UHGV virus genome: UHGV-0193111
Source: a virus
Length of the DNA: 8,441 nt
Reading direction: 5' to 3' (one strand)
Shown: piece after piece, positions 5,661 to 8,441 of the stretch
Numbering within the stretch: the stretch's first letter is position 1
How the letters are laid out: every line of letters starts with the position of its first letter
Notes under the pieces: generated by a model
Databases searched by the model: none
What the model was told of the DNA's origin: nothing
What the model saw: only the letters and a program-made list of their open reading frames with translations
Made by a program: the position numbers and the translations under genes

Positions 5661-5999
5661 TTATATATATATATAGAAACATGTGCGGGTTATGCGGGTT
5701 ATTGGGTTATCTTAGCGTGCTAACCATTTTTTATCCTTTTATATCAGTATTTTGCAAAACACCCTGTTTATTATTTGCTCACCACGTAACCCGCAAAACG
5801 CTCAAAATAACCCGCAAACGGGGTTTTTTCTGCGGGTTACGCATGACTGTCCGGTGTTACTTCAGTTATTCGCCTGCGGGTTATAATCGTGCTTTTGCGG
5901 GTTATAAATGCCCTTTTGCGGGTTACGTGCGGGTTATTGGTTTCCTTTATATTCATGCACTTAATACACTTATACACAGGATAACCCGCATAACCCGCA
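5661..5999. repeat. Putative replication origin: iteron array of 11 perfect TGCGGGTTA 9-mers (plus strand at 5684, 5693, 5831, 5875, 5896, 5917, 5928; inverted at 5787, 5808, 5982, 5991) with AT-rich tracts including (TA)n at 5661-5676
   Basis: Repeats read directly from the sequence; several pairs spaced 21 bp (5787/5808; 5875/5896/5917), tandem pairs at both edges in opposite orientation. Located immediately downstream of the primase/helicase gene, as is typical for Pri-Rep plus ori modules of phage-inducible islands. Confidence 0.75.
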
Positions 6000-6021
6000 A
6001 TTTTTTTCCTCACACAGGGGA

Positions 6022-8145
6022 TTAATCTTCATCATCAGGCTGGAACATCAGCACGTAAAAAACATGCTGCTTACCCCCAATCTTGCCCAGCGCCTTTTTT
6101 TTGTATCGGCGATCGCTTCCCTTCTCCAGCATTCCGGCAGCATCCAGGGCACGCGCAAAATGCGCCGGATTAAATCCCTTCGCTATCTCACTATCAAACA
6201 CGTGCGGGAACGTGTAATAGCGCATCTCGTCATCTTCGTTGCGAATGCTCCCTTTTCTGTATCCGGCAAGCTCTTTAATCGGTAAATCACGCTCATCTGT
6301 ATTGGGGTACGGAAGGTAGCGGCTAAACCCAAACGACGACAAAAACGCCTCAGCCTGTTCAACCATCTGTTTAAATTCCCTGTTACCCGTGCCGAACTCC
6401 TTCACCCAGGCATTAAAGTTATGCTGTATCGCGTCGCAGCATTCCTGCACGACCCAGCCAGTTACATGACCGGAAAGCACAAGCGCGGCCTCCAGTATGG
6501 CGAAACGTTCACCCACGCGGTGGACCTGCTCGCCGTAACTCTCCGGTATCAGGTTGCGCCACCGTTCGCGGCATTCCCTTACCGTGTCCTTTGCCTCCTG
6601 CTGGTGGCCTGCCAGCCATTTAACCCACTCACGACCCGCCGCCCCGTGATTTGCTGTCCAGGCATCCTTTAACGCGTCAGCATGTTCCTTACCGTTGCTG
6701 TATTCGTGAAATTTCGTGGCTTTTTCCATCGGAACGTTAAGCAGTCGGACAAGCTGCCCCGCCTTAACTTTTATCCCCTCACTTTTGAGGAATGTCTCAA
6801 CGTCCATTTCTCCGGTGCTGATTGCCACCGTTCGCCAGTGTTTGATCTCCCTGTTGCCGCCATCCTTCGCCCCCTGCAATTTCCCTGAACCGTTAAACAG
6901 CGTATAAGCAGACGTTGACACTTCCCGCGCATTTCCGGCCTGGCCTATCTCATCCAGTGGTAAAAGCCCGTCATTATGGGCCTCGGCCTCATTGGCAATA
7001 CCTAACGCCGTGCCGTACCAGGTCAGCCGCTGCGCGTCCGGCTCTCCCCATAAACTTGATGCGATGTTCTGCGTGGTGGTCTTACCTGCCGATGACTGTT
7101 CGAAAAGATGCACCCCGAAGCCGTCAGCACCCACAAGGCCAATTAAAGGCGCTGCCAGTGACGTTGCCACACCCAGCATCATTGAGGCATTACCGCCAGC
7201 CAGCCGCGCCACGCTGTCGCGCCAGCCATCCGCCGTGCCAGCCACGGAATAACCGTTAATCGCGGCGCTTTTTCCGGTAAACAGGATCGGTTTTTCAGAT
7301 TCACCAATGATCGAACCGTCCGGCATGATGTACGCGCCAAAATGCCAGCCCGTTGTTGTGCTTAACTGCCATTCCTCATGGCTTCCGCTTAACTGCATCC
7401 AGTCCGCCAGGATTGCCCTGTATTTGCCGTTGGTTGTCACGTTCAGCCCGTGATCTTTAAGTAACCGCCAGCCGTCACGGTCGCCGATACCACCACACGG
7501 GATCGCCATTGTGATGACTTCATGGTTTGCGGTTTTTTTCCAGCGCATCACGCGGTAATGCTCTTTACCGATCGTCCCCGTTCCCAGTAGTTCAAGCGGA
7601 GAACATAACCACGTCTCAGGCCGGATAATTTCGCCTGACTGCTTATCCACTTTGGGCGTTACCCAGAAAACACCATCGGCGCGACTTTCAACGCGTGGCT
7701 TTAATTCGTCATCGCTATGACTTCCGGTATCTTTTTTCTTTACCGGAAGCTCAATAACCAGACCATCAGAAAGATTCTGCCGCTCACGGGCCAGATATTC
7801 GCGCCAGTTCTCCACCTTCTGAACGTGCATTCCATCAGGGTAAAAATTTGCATCCTGTACGCCTGCCGCCGCCAGCTTCTGACCAATCGCCTTGATCATT
7901 ACTGGCTCAAGATGTCCGGCCCTGAATATGCGTACTGATTTTCGGCCTTCCGGCACAATTTGCAGCTTATCCAGTTCGGCAAGTTGTTGCTCTCCAAGCC
8001 AGACAGGAGGCACGTTATCGCCAGCCAGTCGCCCGTCCTGTTCCTGCCACTGCTTCGCATGTGCCCACGCATCACTACCCGCAAAAATGATGACTTCCGT
8101 CATTTTGTCACGTGGCTGGTGTTTTAAATTTGGCGCTTTTTTCAT
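6022..8145 (-). CDS. Replication initiator of primase/helicase type (P-loop NTPase; Pri-Rep-like); exact family not resolved
   Basis: 707 aa from ATG 8145 with GGAGAG RBS (ORF track uses GTG 8160, 712 aa). Contains a Walker A-like SSAGKTT and a Walker B-like LLPLDE motif. Large size and position directly upstream of an iteron array. Start overlaps the stop of the upstream ORF (ATGA). Confidence 0.8.
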   Translation of the reverse strand: MKKAPNLKHQPRDKMTEVIIFAGSDAWAHAKQWQEQDGRLAGDNVPPVWLGEQQLAELDKLQIVPEGRKSVRIFRAGHLEPVMIKAIGQKLAAAGVQDANFYPDGMHVQKVENWREYLARERQNLSDGLVIELPVKKKDTGSHSDDELKPRVESRADGVFWVTPKVDKQSGEIIRPETWLCSPLELLGTGTIGKEHYRVMRWKKTANHEVITMAIPCGGIGDRDGWRLLKDHGLNVTTNGKYRAILADWMQLSGSHEEWQLSTTTGWHFGAYIMPDGSIIGESEKPILFTGKSAAINGYSVAGTADGWRDSVARLAGGNASMMLGVATSLAAPLIGLVGADGFGVHLFEQSSAGKTTTQNIASSLWGEPDAQRLTWYGTALGIANEAEAHNDGLLPLDEIGQAGNAREVSTSAYTLFNGSGKLQGAKDGGNREIKHWRTVAISTGEMDVETFLKSEGIKVKAGQLVRLLNVPMEKATKFHEYSNGKEHADALKDAWTANHGAAGREWVKWLAGHQQEAKDTVRECRERWRNLIPESYGEQVHRVGERFAILEAALVLSGHVTGWVVQECCDAIQHNFNAWVKEFGTGNREFKQMVEQAEAFLSSFGFSRYLPYPNTDERDLPIKELAGYRKGSIRNEDDEMRYYTFPHVFDSEIAKGFNPAHFARALDAAGMLEKGSDRRYKKKALGKIGGKQHVFYVLMFQPDDED

Positions 8146-8441
8146 TTCTGCTCTCTCCACGCGGCAATCATGTTTTTTAGTTCCTGTAGTTTTTTATCAA
8201 CATCCATACATGACACATGGTTATTTCTGGAAAGCGGGATTTCCCGCCTGAATCTGCTAATAAAGATCTCCACGTTCAGCGAACTAAGAAATGAATAGCC
8301 ATCACGGATAAAATACACACGGTCAAACATCAGTTCTTTTACCGTTACTCTGTTACCGTTCTTATCCAGATAAATAGCGCCGGGGATAATTTGGGGGTGT
8401 GCATAACCGCTGGCAGTCAAGCCAGATAAATATGTTCTCAT
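8142..8441 (-). CDS. Hypothetical protein, at least 99 aa; may continue beyond the window end
   Basis: Open frame runs to the window edge (an ATG happens to sit at 8441-8439); stop overlaps the primase start. No family recognised; not AlpA-like. Confidence 0.45.
   Translation of the reverse strand: MRTYLSGLTASGYAHPQIIPGAIYLDKNGNRVTVKELMFDRVYFIRDGYSFLSSLNVEIFISRFRREIPLSRNNHVSCMDVDKKLQELKNMIAAWREQK

Larger units (their letters stand above)
1431..8441. mobile_element. Putative cos-type phage satellite / phage-inducible chromosomal island inserted upstream of clpS (left boundary lies somewhere between 604 and 1768; right end beyond the window)
   Basis: Combination of cos plus terS, capsid plus decoration genes, ssb, a primase/helicase gene and an iteron origin, with no large terminase, portal, tail or lysis genes, abutting conserved chromosomal genes. 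Confidence 0.6.

Noticed and set aside
4805-5723. Plus-strand ORFs 4805..5101, 4983..5255, 5327..5581, 5424..5723
   Set aside because: Antisense to ssb and the 83-aa gene or lying in the promoter/terminator region; Cys/Arg-rich, no support.
5661-5999. Possibility that the 9-bp repeat array is a CRISPR array
   Set aside because: Repeats are only 9 bp, occur in both orientations with irregular 9-44 bp spacing, and sit beside a replication initiator; this is an iteron origin.
5648-6025. 125-aa plus-strand ORF across the iteron region
   Set aside because: It is a translation of the repeat array (recurring CGLCGLLG / FAGY peptides) within a non-coding origin; not a gene.
6022-8145. Identification of the element as a P4-type satellite with an alpha protein
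   Set aside because: No sid, psu or delta homologues; the iteron is TGCGGGTTA rather than the P4 TGTTCACC as I recall it; and the element carries lambda-type cos, Nu1, E and D homologues. I keep only the generic primase/helicase-type call.
6064-8251. Plus-strand ORFs within the primase/helicase gene (6064..6285, 6421..6672, 6682..6888, 6716..6907, 6915..7259, 6992..7252, 7717..7938, 7892..8251) and minus-strand 7899..8084
   Set aside because: All overlap the 707-aa gene in other frames or on the other strand, with Pro/Arg/Ser-rich composition typical of spurious ORFs in GC-rich coding DNA.

Overview
The window holds the chromosomal clpS-clpA flank (1-603, minus strand, E. coli-like) followed by a compact, mostly minus-strand mobile element that looks like a phage satellite or phage-inducible island, not a complete prophage. 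Reading right to left: a primase/helicase-type replication initiator (6022-8145) translationally coupled to an upstream ORF; an iteron-rich origin (11 perfect copies of TGCGGGTTA, 5684-5999); a small ORF coupled to an SSB gene (4989-5647); terminators; then a capsid operon (68-aa ORF, lambda gpE-like major capsid protein, lambda gpD-like decoration protein, 137-aa ORF; 2717-4751). At the left end, a lambda Nu1-like small-terminase gene on the plus strand (1921-2463) is bracketed by two lambda-type cosN sequences in inverted orientation (1768-1798 and 2633-2663). The inverted copy carries a lambda-like cosB, while the terS-proximal copy has a diverged one. No large terminase, portal, protease, tail, lysis or integrase gene is in the window. 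The most interesting candidate is this dual-cos, own-capsid, terminase-small-subunit-only packaging module. All protein and cos identifications come from my recall of reference sequences; no database search was run.
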